64,000 bases of DNA from Spirochaetia bacterium (GTDB taxonomy: Bacteria > Spirochaetota > Spirochaetia > SZUA-6 > Bin103). Shown here piece by piece: positions 18,140 through 27,811 of the stretch. A program made the position numbers and the translations under genes. The stretch spans positions 1,984,001 through 2,048,000 of the forward strand of contig CBDAOI010000004.1 of NCBI GenBank assembly GCA_965198005.1, given 5' to 3'. How positions within the stretch are numbered: the stretch's first letter is position 1; each line of letters opens with the position of its first letter. The notes beneath the pieces are model-generated. The model was not told the DNA's origin. It made no database searches and saw nothing but the letters and a program-made list of their open reading frames with translations.

Positions 18140-19939
18140 ATGAACTTTGTAAAAATTAGAATGACCTTCGCGTTTGCGTTGGTCCTCGTAATGACCGCAA
18201 CCGGCCTCTGGGCCGCTGGCGCAGAAGAGGCGCCGGCAGCCGCCGCCGACAAGAAGTACGTGACCGACCCCACCACCGGGAAGGTGGTGACCGCGCCAGA
18301 GTACGGCGGGATAATCACCTTTGCCAGGCGGGGTGACCCTCCGCATTGTGACTCCTTTTTCTCGCACGCGCCGGGAGTGGTCACTAGTGGCGTTGCCGAG
18401 AAGCTAGTCCACGGGAACTGGGGAATAGATAGGGACGAACGCGACTTTCGGACTGGCTTCAATCCTCCATCTGCCATGATAGGACAACTGGCTGAAAGCT
18501 GGGAACAACCCAACGACACAACTTATATCTTCAACATCCGCCAGGGCGTTCACTGGCATGATAAGCCCCCGATGAACGGTCGGGAGTTAACTGCCAAGGA
18601 TATAGAATATAACTATCAGCGTTATACTGGTCTAGGCAGCGGCTTCACCGAACCTAGCCCCTATATTGGGGATTTGCTCACCCGTGAGCCATGGGAATCG
18701 ATAACCGCTACCGACAAATGGACGGTTGTTTTTAAGCTGAAGAGGCCATCAGCCACTGCGCTGCATACTATCTTCGATAGCGCGTACAATTTTATATACC
18801 CCCCCGAGGTAATCGAGCAATACGGTGACTTAAAGGATTGTAAGAACCTGGTCGGCACCGGGCCCTTTATGCTAACTGAGTTGGTCGAGGGCAGCTCTGC
18901 GACCTGGATGAAGAATACTGACTACTGGGGCTACGACGAAAAGTACCCAGAGAACCGCCTGCCCTACGTTGACGAGTTAAGGGGCCTGATTATGCCAGAA
19001 GACCCAACACGTCTGGCGGCACTGCGCACGGGTAAGATTGATTACCTAGGTCACCTCGGCACCTCTCAAATATTTACTATCGACGAGGCAGAGAGCCTCC
19101 GGCTGACCAACCCTGAAATCGAACTGCATACGTTTGTCTTGCGGTCAGAAAACTCTTTTGTTGCTGGCATACGCCCCGACAACCCGCCCATTAACGACCT
19201 CAAGGTACGCATAGCAATGCAGAAGGCGTTGGACCTTGAGACAATTAACAATACCTACTTTAGGGGTTGGGCAGACTGGAAACCTATGGGGATTAATGGC
19301 ACTGGTTTAAAGGGGTATCACATCCCATTTGACGAGTGGCCCGAAGAGCTCAAGCGAGAATATACCTATGACCAGGAAGGGGCCGAAGCGCTCCTTGATG
19401 AGGCCGGGTATCCGCGCGGCGCCGACGGCATTAGATTCAAGACCGTCTTGAACCACCTCGATCGGTGGGATTTAGGCTTTAGAGAATTGGTTGCCTCCTA
19501 CTGGGCTGAGATTGGCGTTGATATTGAGATTAGGGAGATGGACGGAACCAAAATTGGCGCTATGATACGCGAACATACTTATGAAGGTATCGCCGATGGA
19601 ACTCCGGGCTACGAGGAGGGACCTCTGAAGCAGGTAGCCTGGTTTACCTCGGACTCATCATGGAACCCCCCTAATGTCAGTGACCCGGTTTATGACGCCA
19701 TGATTGAAGCCGCCGAAGCTGCTACCGGTGAGGAGCAGAAGAGGCTGATTACAGAGGCAGATATGTACGTTATAAAAAACCACTGGTTTATATGGGGTGG
19801 TAGAGCTCCACAGTTTAGCGCGAACCAGCCGTGGCTCATAGGTCATAACGGTGAAATGGCACTAGGAACCATGGACTTTATTGGCCCCTTCGCCCGCTTC
19901 TGGATTGATTCCGAGCTGAAGGAAGCAATGGGTCATTAG
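18140..19939 (+). CDS. ABC substrate-binding protein family 5
   Basis: Signal peptide; LAESWE, VGTGPF and LLDEAGY motifs. Confidence 0.93.
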   Translation: MNFVKIRMTFAFALVLVMTATGLWAAGAEEAPAAAADKKYVTDPTTGKVVTAPEYGGIITFARRGDPPHCDSFFSHAPGVVTSGVAEKLVHGNWGIDRDERDFRTGFNPPSAMIGQLAESWEQPNDTTYIFNIRQGVHWHDKPPMNGRELTAKDIEYNYQRYTGLGSGFTEPSPYIGDLLTREPWESITATDKWTVVFKLKRPSATALHTIFDSAYNFIYPPEVIEQYGDLKDCKNLVGTGPFMLTELVEGSSATWMKNTDYWGYDEKYPENRLPYVDELRGLIMPEDPTRLAALRTGKIDYLGHLGTSQIFTIDEAESLRLTNPEIELHTFVLRSENSFVAGIRPDNPPINDLKVRIAMQKALDLETINNTYFRGWADWKPMGINGTGLKGYHIPFDEWPEELKREYTYDQEGAEALLDEAGYPRGADGIRFKTVLNHLDRWDLGFRELVASYWAEIGVDIEIREMDGTKIGAMIREHTYEGIADGTPGYEEGPLKQVAWFTSDSSWNPPNVSDPVYDAMIEAAEAATGEEQKRLITEADMYVIKNHWFIWGGRAPQFSANQPWLIGHNGEMALGTMDFIGPFARFWIDSELKEAMGH

Positions 19940-19962
19940 AGGCTTCATCCCCTTTTTTTTGC

Positions 19963-20016
19963 GAGCTGGGGAGCCGCCTCCGAGCGCACTATTGAGCGGC
20001 TTCTCGGCTCCTTTTT
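19963..20016 (+). terminator. Probable intrinsic terminator after SBP
   Basis: gagctggggagccgc...gcggcttctcggctc-cttttt. Confidence 0.55.
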
Positions 20017-20074
20017 CCGCTTGTCTAGGAGAAGAAGGACCAAGGCGAATTGGGAGAACTTATAAGTGATACCT

Positions 20075-20412
20075 ATGGTCAAATAGAATCAATCGATCTA
20101 AAATCGGTGGTGCTGGATCCTCGCAATCCTTGAAGAGATCCTAGAGGAATCTCCCACGGCAGCAATAAAGGTGCTATGGGAATCGGAGGATCAATCTTGT
20201 ACTAGCGCTCTTTGGTCATGTACTGTCGGAAGATGGGAAATTGATTGGAAAAGGGATGAAATGATGTACATAATCGAGGGTGAATCGGAACTCGCAGATC
20301 AGTTCGGACACTCTCAAGCATTTGCGGCGGGTGATTTTTCATGTTAGCAGGAGGCTAAGACGATGTGGAATGTAGAACGGCCTCTTCTGAAGATCTTTTA
20401 ATTTTCGCCGAT
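20075..20412 (+). pseudogene. Cupin (DUF861-like) remnant between SBP and permease
   Basis: LWSCTVGRWEIDWKRDEMMYIIEGESEL..GDF then frame break. Confidence 0.5.
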
Positions 20413-20436
20413 GAATCCCGAAAGGTTCTGGCTGCC

Positions 20437-21402
20437 ATGAGAGCCTACGTCATCAGGCGGCTCTTACTACTCCTCCCCACACTGTTTATCATGTCCGTCC
20501 TGGTCTTTCTGTTGGTCCGCTTGATCCCCGGCGATGTAATAGACGCTATGGTGGGTGAAATTGTGTTCTATGGTAGAGGTGATACAGCAGTAGACCGTGA
20601 AGCTCTTGAGCGCATGCTTGGATTAGACGTACCTGGCTACGTGCAGTATGGACGTTGGATAGGAGATATTATTCTGCATGGCACCCTTGGCGACTCACTG
20701 ATTGGCGGTTGGAGAGTGGAGGAGAGGATACTAGGTAGACTGCCGGTAACTATTGAGCTTGGCCTCATGTCGATCGTCATTGGGCTGGTGATAGCACTGC
20801 CGGTCGGCATCTACTCGGCGATTCGCCAGGATACGGCCCCCGATTTCCTGGGGCGCTCCGTCGCCATCATCGGCCTGGCAACGCCGAACTTCTGGCTGGG
20901 GATCATGGTCATGCTATACCCGGCAGTGTGGTGGGGCTGGTCGCCACCGATGGAACTGATTCGGTTCACGGAAGACCCGCTGGGCAGTCTCGGAGTGTTC
21001 ATCATCCCGAGCCTGATTCTGGGTACCTACCTGTCTGCAGCCACCATGCGGATAACGCGGACGATGATGCTAGAGGTGCTGCGGCAGGATTACATCCGGA
21101 CGGCCTGGTCGAAGGGTCTCAAGGAGAGGGTGGTTGTGGTACGGCACGCTGTCAAGAATGCCCTCATCCCGATCGTTACCCTGGTGGGCCTGCAGTTTCC
21201 TATCCTGGTGGGTGGCTCGGTCATCATGGAGAACATATTCAACCTACCGGGGGTGGGTCGTCTCATGGTGGCCGCGCTCACCGACAGAGACTACCCGGTG
21301 GTCTCCGGAGTAAACCTGTTCTTCGGCACGGCGGTCGTGGGGGCCAATCTCATGATCGATCTGGTTTACGGCTACCTGGATCCGCGGGTCCGTTACCAAT
21401 AG
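20437..21402 (+). CDS. ABC transporter permease, DppB/OppB type
   Basis: MRAYVIRRLL; QDYIRTAWSKGL; LDPRVRY. Confidence 0.93.
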   Translation: MRAYVIRRLLLLLPTLFIMSVLVFLLVRLIPGDVIDAMVGEIVFYGRGDTAVDREALERMLGLDVPGYVQYGRWIGDIILHGTLGDSLIGGWRVEERILGRLPVTIELGLMSIVIGLVIALPVGIYSAIRQDTAPDFLGRSVAIIGLATPNFWLGIMVMLYPAVWWGWSPPMELIRFTEDPLGSLGVFIIPSLILGTYLSAATMRITRTMMLEVLRQDYIRTAWSKGLKERVVVVRHAVKNALIPIVTLVGLQFPILVGGSVIMENIFNLPGVGRLMVAALTDRDYPVVSGVNLFFGTAVVGANLMIDLVYGYLDPRVRYQ

Positions 21403-21413
21403 CACGCGCGGGA

Positions 21414-22289
21414 ATGGCTGCTTTCCTTGTCAGGCTGTGGCGAGAGAAATCACTCGGTGCTATCAGCGGGATCATCATCCTGATATTGATTCTCGTGGCT
21501 ATCTTTGCCGATGCTGTGGCCCCGTATGAGTATCTCGAGATACACTTGGCAGACCGGCTGACCGGCTCATCAGCCGCGTATCCGCTGGGTACCGACCACT
21601 TGGGACGAGACCTGTTGAGCCGCATCATCTACGGGGCGCGGCTGTCGTTGATCGTCGGTCTGTCGGCGACTGCAGTGAATGTCGTGGTCGCCGTGCTGAT
21701 CGGCGGCACGTCAGGATTCTTCGGCGGACGACTCGATCTTGTCGTGCAGAGATTCGTCGATGGCTGGATGGCCATCCCGGGACTGCTGCTGTTGTTGACG
21801 ATCATGTCCATCGTAGGGAAGGGGATGCCACAGCTGATACTGGTCCTGGGGATATCAGGAGGCATCGGCGGCTCGAGATTGATCAGAGGCGCCGTGATAG
21901 ACATCAAGGAGAATGCCTATTTCCAGGCGGTCGAGGTGATTGGCGCCTCGAAGTGGCGGACATTCATCGGCCATGTCCTGCCCAACATCATGCCGGTCGT
22001 GATCATCGTCTTCAGCATCAACGTCGGCGGGGTGATCATCAGTGAGGCTTCGCTGAGCTTCCTCGGCTTCGGTCTGCCCCCCGACGTTCCCAGCTGGGGA
22101 GCGATGCTCAGCCGCGAAGGGCGTCAGTACATGCAGCAGGGGCCATGGCTGGCTCTCTGGCCCGGTCTCTGCCTGACGATTGTCGTCTACAGTCTGAACA
22201 TGTTCGGCGACGCGGTGCGTGACCTGCTTGACCCGCGGCTGAGGGGTGGCGGGGGACGCCTGGGAGCCGATGCCGCCAGGTCGGTCTAA
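21414..22289 (+). CDS. ABC transporter permease, DppC/OppC type
   Basis: LGTDHLGRDLLSRIIYGARLSL; GDAVRDLLDPR. Confidence 0.92.
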   Translation: MAAFLVRLWREKSLGAISGIIILILILVAIFADAVAPYEYLEIHLADRLTGSSAAYPLGTDHLGRDLLSRIIYGARLSLIVGLSATAVNVVVAVLIGGTSGFFGGRLDLVVQRFVDGWMAIPGLLLLLTIMSIVGKGMPQLILVLGISGGIGGSRLIRGAVIDIKENAYFQAVEVIGASKWRTFIGHVLPNIMPVVIIVFSINVGGVIISEASLSFLGFGLPPDVPSWGAMLSREGRQYMQQGPWLALWPGLCLTIVVYSLNMFGDAVRDLLDPRLRGGGGRLGADAARSV

Positions 22290-22354
22290 GAGAGCGCGCC
22301 TGCGGCCGCGCGCGCGGGTGCCCGTCCACCCCACTCAGCAGGCAACCTTCGGGG

Positions 22355-22634
22355 TGTCACGCCGGATGCTCGGTGACGTCCACCCGTAGCGCCCTCCCTG
22401 CGCCACGGGTGGCATGTAGCTCCCGGCCCGCGACAGGGGCGTCGTGGGCTGGGAGCCTGGTGGCTATTCTCGATCCCCTGCGCGAGTCAGAGCTGCACCG
22501 GCTGTTTACAATACCTTCGCTATTCGGTAGTAACATCCGCGTCCTACTCCGGAGGCGCGCCCGGAACGCGCCCGACCAGGTCAACCAGCGCCGGGCTGTG
22601 TATGGGCGTGTTCGGCCGGTCAGTCCGAAGCAGC
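22355..22634 (-). repeat. Mosaic repeat, left part (continues at 25086-25321 after IS66)
   Basis: Inverted homolog of 16290-16620. Confidence 0.85.
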
Positions 22635-22713
22635 GTAAGCGTCCGGTGGCCCCCACCTACCGCGGCTGAGAATGGAGGGTTCATAGTCTCTCGACCGAAG
22701 ATAGGAGGGGCGA

Positions 22714-23034
22714 ATGAGACTGGGACGAGAGCACTGGATAGGGCAGGTGGAGGCGTGGCGCAGCAGCGGTCTGAGCCAGGCGGAATACTGCAAGCGCCAC
22801 CAGGTGGTGTACAACACGATGAACGGGTGGGCGCGCCGGCTGGCGGCCGAGCGAGAGGACGCCGATCGACCGCTGGTGGAGCTGAAGGCGTCACCGACCA
22901 TGACCGCCAGCGACCTGGAGCATCGCCCGGCGATCGAGCTGGTGGTGGCGGGCCGGTATCTGCTGCGGCTGTGGCCCGGGACGCGGTGCGAGCAGCTGCG
23001 TGAAGTGATCACCGTCCTGGAGGAGCGGCAGTGA
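22714..23034 (+). CDS. tnpA: IS66 accessory protein TnpA
   Basis: W...VEAWRSSGLSQAEYCKRH...W motif; position in element. Confidence 0.85.
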   Translation: MRLGREHWIGQVEAWRSSGLSQAEYCKRHQVVYNTMNGWARRLAAEREDADRPLVELKASPTMTASDLEHRPAIELVVAGRYLLRLWPGTRCEQLREVITVLEERQ

Positions 23035-23384
23035 TCGGGCTGGATCTGGGCGAGGCGCGGATCTTCGTGCGCCCTGGGGCCACCGACATGCGCAAGCAGA
23101 TCAACGGACTGGCGCTGATCGTGCAGGAGCAGATGCAGATGAGCCCGTTTGATCCGACGCTGTTCGTGTTCTGCAACGCACAGCAGCGGATTCTCAAGGC
23201 GCTGTACTGGGACCGCACCGGGTTCTGTCTGTGGATGAAGCGGTTGGAGAAACATCGGTTTCCCTGGCCGCGCAACGCCGCCGAGGCGCGCCAGCAGATC
23301 GACGAGAGCCAGCTGCGGCTGCTGCTGAGCGGCGTGAATTTCTGGAGCCGGCACGAGGAACTCTTCTATACAAAGGTGGGCTAA
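23031..23384 (+). CDS. tnpB: IS66 accessory protein TnpB
   Basis: TDMRKQINGL...LFVFCN...LYWDRTGFCLWMKRLEK..FPWP. Confidence 0.93.
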   Translation: MIGLDLGEARIFVRPGATDMRKQINGLALIVQEQMQMSPFDPTLFVFCNAQQRILKALYWDRTGFCLWMKRLEKHRFPWPRNAAEARQQIDESQLRLLLSGVNFWSRHEELFYTKVG

Positions 23385-23436
23385 ACCCCTGGGCTAACCA
23401 TTGCCTGCCCGACATTGTCCGTGCTAGTTTTGGTTC

Positions 23437-25020
23437 GTGGCCGACAGCCTGACCCTCACCAGAGAGAACCAGAAGCTGCGGTCCGAGAACCAGGAGCTAA
23501 CCGTCCAGACCAACGAGCTGACCATCGAGGTTAGACAGCTGGCCATTAAGCTGGAGGTCGTCAACGACGAGCTGGCCAAGATCAAGAGCCGATTCTTCGG
23601 CCGTGCCAGCGAGAAGCTGAGCGTCGAGGAACGGCAGCAGATGCGGCTGTTCGACGAGGCGGAACAGGCCGCCGCCGAGAATCAGGAGCAGCCAGCCCCG
23701 ACCGAGGCGGCCACCGAGGTGCCGACGCACACCCGCCGCAAGCCGGTACGTCGGCCACTGCCGGAGTCACTTCCTCGCGAAGAGGTGGTGGTGGACATCA
23801 GCGACCAGGACAAGCACTGCAAGTGCGGTCACCAGATGGTACGCATCGGCCAGGAGGTCTCCGAGCGCCTCGACGTGATCATGCCGAAGGTGAAGGTGAT
23901 TCGCACGGTGCGGCCCAAATACGCCTGCCATCACTGCGAAGGCTCCGGGGACGAAGATCGACCTGCGGTGCGCATCGCGCCGGTGCCCAAGACGCTGATC
24001 CCGAAGGGCATCGCCACAGCCGGGCTGCTGGCCTTCATCGTCACCGCCAAGTTCTGCGACGCGTTGCCGCTCTACCGGCAGCAGAGTCAGTTTGCCCGCA
24101 TCGATGTGGATCTGCCACGCAGCACCATGGCCGACTGGATGCTGACTACCGCTGTCGCGTGCGAGCCGGTGATGAAAGAGATGCAGCGCAAACTGCGTTC
24201 AGGCCCGGTGCTGCAGGTGGACGAGACCAGGATCCAGGTGATGAAAGAAGAGGACCGAGCCAACACCACCCAGAGTTACATGTGGGTGGCCCGCGGTGGT
24301 CCGCCCGGCGAGCCGGTGCTGATCTATCACTATGCCCCCAGTCGTGGCGCGCCGGTGGCCGAACAGATGATCGGCGACTACGAAGGGTTTGTGCAGACCG
24401 ACGGCTACGAGGCCTACGATCGCAGATGCGCAGGCGATGGCATCGCCCATGTGGGTTGCTGGGCGCACGGCCGGCGCGGGTTCACCGACGCCAAGGAAGC
24501 TGCCACCAAGACCGCCAAGAAGGCGGGCGCCGCCGAGCAGGCGCTGGCGTTCATCGCCAAGCTGTATGGGGTTGAGTCACAACGCGACAGCTATGCCAGC
24601 CTCGATGAGTTCAACCAGGCCAGGCGAGCCCAGGTGGAGCCGATCCTCGAGAAACTGCGGACCTGGCTCCATGCCAAGAGCGACCAGGTTCTGCCTGGTT
24701 CAACGCTCGGCAAGGCGGTCGCCTACATGCTCGGGCAGTGGCCCAAGCTGACCCGCTACCTGGACTCCCCCCACCTCACTCCCGACACCAACGCCGTCGA
24801 GCAAGCCATCCGACCGTTCGTGCTGGGTCGCAAGAACTGGCTGTTCTCCGGCAGCCCACGCGGCGCGGCCGCCAGCGCCACTCTCTACAGCCTCATCGAG
24901 ACCGCCAAGGCCAACCGCCTCGAGCCCTACCACTACCTACGCGAACTCTTCGAGAAGCTGCCGCTGGCCAAGACTCCCGCCGACTACCGAGCTCTCATCC
25001 CCAAACGACGGGTCTACTAA
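23437..25020 (+). CDS. tnpC: IS66 transposase TnpC
   Basis: Coiled coil, Zn ribbon, VDET, QTDGY, CWAHGRR, RKNWLFSGS. Confidence 0.95.
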   Translation: MADSLTLTRENQKLRSENQELTVQTNELTIEVRQLAIKLEVVNDELAKIKSRFFGRASEKLSVEERQQMRLFDEAEQAAAENQEQPAPTEAATEVPTHTRRKPVRRPLPESLPREEVVVDISDQDKHCKCGHQMVRIGQEVSERLDVIMPKVKVIRTVRPKYACHHCEGSGDEDRPAVRIAPVPKTLIPKGIATAGLLAFIVTAKFCDALPLYRQQSQFARIDVDLPRSTMADWMLTTAVACEPVMKEMQRKLRSGPVLQVDETRIQVMKEEDRANTTQSYMWVARGGPPGEPVLIYHYAPSRGAPVAEQMIGDYEGFVQTDGYEAYDRRCAGDGIAHVGCWAHGRRGFTDAKEAATKTAKKAGAAEQALAFIAKLYGVESQRDSYASLDEFNQARRAQVEPILEKLRTWLHAKSDQVLPGSTLGKAVAYMLGQWPKLTRYLDSPHLTPDTNAVEQAIRPFVLGRKNWLFSGSPRGAAASATLYSLIETAKANRLEPYHYLRELFEKLPLAKTPADYRALIPKRRVY

Positions 25021-25519
25021 CCGTTTTCCACCGCTCCTTGCCGCCCACACCGGCGGTGCGGTTCCCCGGACGCTTACGAAGCAGCGCCTGGCATCATGTT
25101 GTTGGCGCATCATCGGGCACCGCAGACCGAGTCGGGGAAGTGTACAGGTAACTCATCACACGACTGACGCGTCGTCCGTTCGTGGGCCCCGTCCATGGGG
25201 CCCACCATAGGCGTTCCCGCGCCATGGAGGGCGCGGGCGATTGCGCGCGTCCGGAGTCACCACCCATCACGCTCACCAGCGACGGGTCATGGAACCCGCT
25301 GACCGAACCGGTCAGTCTGAATGCGCATTCCGGTGAACCTTTCCAGTGAATCCGGTGGAACGTTACCACCGCCGACGCGTGAGGCGTCATCTCGATGCTG
25401 GTTAGAAGTGGTAAGTTTGGTCCTCCCCCGGAGGGTAGGTCAAGGTGTATTCGGGTGATTGTCAGAGCACTGCTCCCTCTTAAAAACAGGTGGCGGTAAA
25501 AGGGGGTGGGGGTCCGGGG

Positions 25520-26341
25520 GAGCGCAGCGAGGCTAGCTGCTGAACTTGCGGGTGTAAGTCCCGCCGGCGCAAATCCCAGTGTGGCGCCGTAGTTATATCC
25601 GGCAGTCGACAGGGGCGACTCTGACGGCTGAAAGCCCGGAAGTAAACGTACTCAGGGGAGGGCGTGAGCCCGACCGACCAATGGCCTAGGAGGAGGCTAA
25701 CAACCAGAAGGGCCGTAGCGAGAGCGAACGGACTAATCGCCGAAAACCTCCCCAGCGGGAAGTTGGTTGCTGGATCTCGGAGTGCCAAGGGTTTCCTCCT
25801 CCTACCCGATGGCCAGTGCTGCTGCGGAAGAAACTGGGAAGTGCACGCGGTAGGCTCCCGGCGGAAGTTGAAGGCGGCAATTCTGGATAGTTCAGCAGTG
25901 AAAGCCCGGAAGGTGTGCTGCTCAGGCAGGATGATCCTCGAATGCCAAGGACCGGACCTATAACCGCTGGATGGCGGGAAGTGGAACGGAGAGCAGCAGA
26001 CTGGCGGATGAGGCCACCAAGCGACGATGGCCGCGACAACATAACGCGGCTGGAGCGAGGGCCTCAGGGCTCAGGAGGAGCCAGTGGAAATGCACCGCCC
26101 GGACACTGAGCCGGGGAACGGTGGATACAGCCGTTGGCTCGAAGCGATGGTCAAACCGGGGACAGCGCCCACGTAGCCAAGGATCAGGCTGAGCGTGGTT
26201 GCTATCGTACCGGGAAGGGCCGCCGTGAGCTTGCGGGCACCTGAGCTTCGAGCCGTACTGTGGGAAAACCCGACGTACGGAATCTCAGGGGGGGCGCTGG
26301 AAACGTGGCCTACGGGCGCGCGCGCCAGCGCTCTACCCGAC
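25520..26341 (+). ncRNA. Group II intron lacking an intact intron-encoded protein
   Basis: Domain V GAGCCGTACTGTGGGAAAACCCGACGTACGGAATC; domain VI ending CTCTACCCGAC; tentative 5' end GAGCG; no RT ORF. Confidence 0.75.
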
Positions 26342-26529
26342 GGGGGCGCTTGATCCTGTGGACATTGTGGATAACTTCCCTCACCGGATTGTGCTCCCGC
26401 TTGTGCTCTGCCCTCGGAACCCGCAATTGCGACGTGCTCCCCATGCCCGCTACGCCATCTGCGGTCCGGTCGCCGCGACCCCGCCGCAGGCCGGCGCCGG
26501 CGTCCGACCATCCAGTGCCGAGTGCGGTC

Positions 26530-26820
26530 GTACCTCTGGACTGGAAGGAGAAGTCGAACTCCTCGACGGTGTTCAGGAACGGGAAGCGAGCCTGTCTGAC
26601 CGAGCGCTGGATGCGGGTCTGTTGGCGATGGGAGATCTCCTCGATGATCCGCACGCCGAGGAACGCCCGGCACGACCAGCCATGAATCTCCGCGCGATCG
26701 AGCAACTGCCGCCAGCGGCGGCGGGTGTTGGCCACCGGGTTGAGCCGGCGCAGCAACGGATCGAACTCCACGGTGGCCGGATCGTAGGGCGGCGAGTGCG
26801 AGGTGGCGGTGCTCATCGCC
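26530..26820 (-). pseudogene. IstB-like fragment
   Basis: IEEISHRQQTRIQRSVRQARFPFLNTVEEFDFSFQ. Confidence 0.7.
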
Positions 26821-27067
26821 AAGGCAGCTCCTGAGAAACTACCTGTTTCTGCCATGCCTGCACCGGCCCCGGGCCGGTGGGTAGCTCCTGAGATGGTGCG
26901 GATGCGCGCTCGACAGGCCCCGTGAGCGCCCGCTGCACGCGAATCAGGTAGGTCACGGAGAAAAAATCGTCCATAGCGGCCCTGTGCGGCGTTTTCTGAG
27001 GGGAGGTGGTGTTGCAACACCCCCTGGAAATGCCGGGACAACCGCCGATTCAGGAGAGGCCAGACTC

Positions 27068-27811
27068 TCATCGCACCTCCTCGGCAGCCTGCGGCTTGCG
27101 CAGCGACTCCCCCTGGAGATCGATCCTGACCGAGTGGTGGATCAGGCGATCGCAGATAGCATCGGCGATGGTAGCATCGCCGATGACCTGGAACCAGCTA
27201 GCCACGGGCAGTTGGGAAGCGAACACGGTGGAACGGCGCCCGACCCGATCTTCCAAGACCTCCAGCAGGGTGAGCCGGGCCGGGCCATCAAGGTGCTGGA
27301 GACCAAAATCGTCAAAGACAACCACATCGGTTCTGGCGATTTGGTCGATCTGTTTGAGGTAGCTGCCATCGGCCACCCAGAGCCTGGTCTGCGGGAAGAA
27401 CTTGGTGCAGTTGAAATAGCGGGTCTTGAAGCCGTGCAGACACGCCTGATGGCCGATAGCTGAGCAGAGGAAGCTTTTGCCCACCCCGGTGGGGCCGGTG
27501 ACGATGACGTTGCGGTGCTCCTGCACCCAGCTGCCGTCGGACAGGCGCAGCACCAGATTCTTGTCGAGATTGCGCGCGCGACCAAAGTCGATCTGCTCGA
27601 AGCTGGCCTGATAACGGAACCGGGCGCCCTTCAGCAGCCGCGCCAGCCGGCGGTTGTGGCGCTCATCCCACTCCGCATCGACCAGATGGCCGATCAGTTC
27701 ATCGGCGGTGTACTTGGCGCCGATACCGCCCTCCAGCACCCCGCGGAAGGCACGCTGCATCCCCCACAGCCGCATCTGGGTCAGCTTTTCCTGGGTCGCT
27801 TGGTTGTTCAT
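27068..27811 (-). CDS. istB: IS21 helper ATPase IstB
   Basis: GPTGVGKS Walker A; VVFDDFG; ADAICDRLIH; GESLR. Confidence 0.95.
   Translation of the reverse strand: MNNQATQEKLTQMRLWGMQRAFRGVLEGGIGAKYTADELIGHLVDAEWDERHNRRLARLLKGARFRYQASFEQIDFGRARNLDKNLVLRLSDGSWVQEHRNVIVTGPTGVGKSFLCSAIGHQACLHGFKTRYFNCTKFFPQTRLWVADGSYLKQIDQIARTDVVVFDDFGLQHLDGPARLTLLEVLEDRVGRRSTVFASQLPVASWFQVIGDATIADAICDRLIHHSVRIDLQGESLRKPQAAEEVR

Larger units (their letters stand above)
22635..25077 (+). mobile_element. IS66-family insertion sequence, complete
   Basis: Terminal IRs GTAAGCGTCCGG / CCGGACGCTTAC; 8-bp TSD GAAGCAGC (22627-22634, 25078-25085). Confidence 0.95.

Noticed and set aside
6337-19939. Diversity-generating retroelement acting on the SBPs
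   Set aside because: No intact RT and no TR/VR pair differing only at adenines
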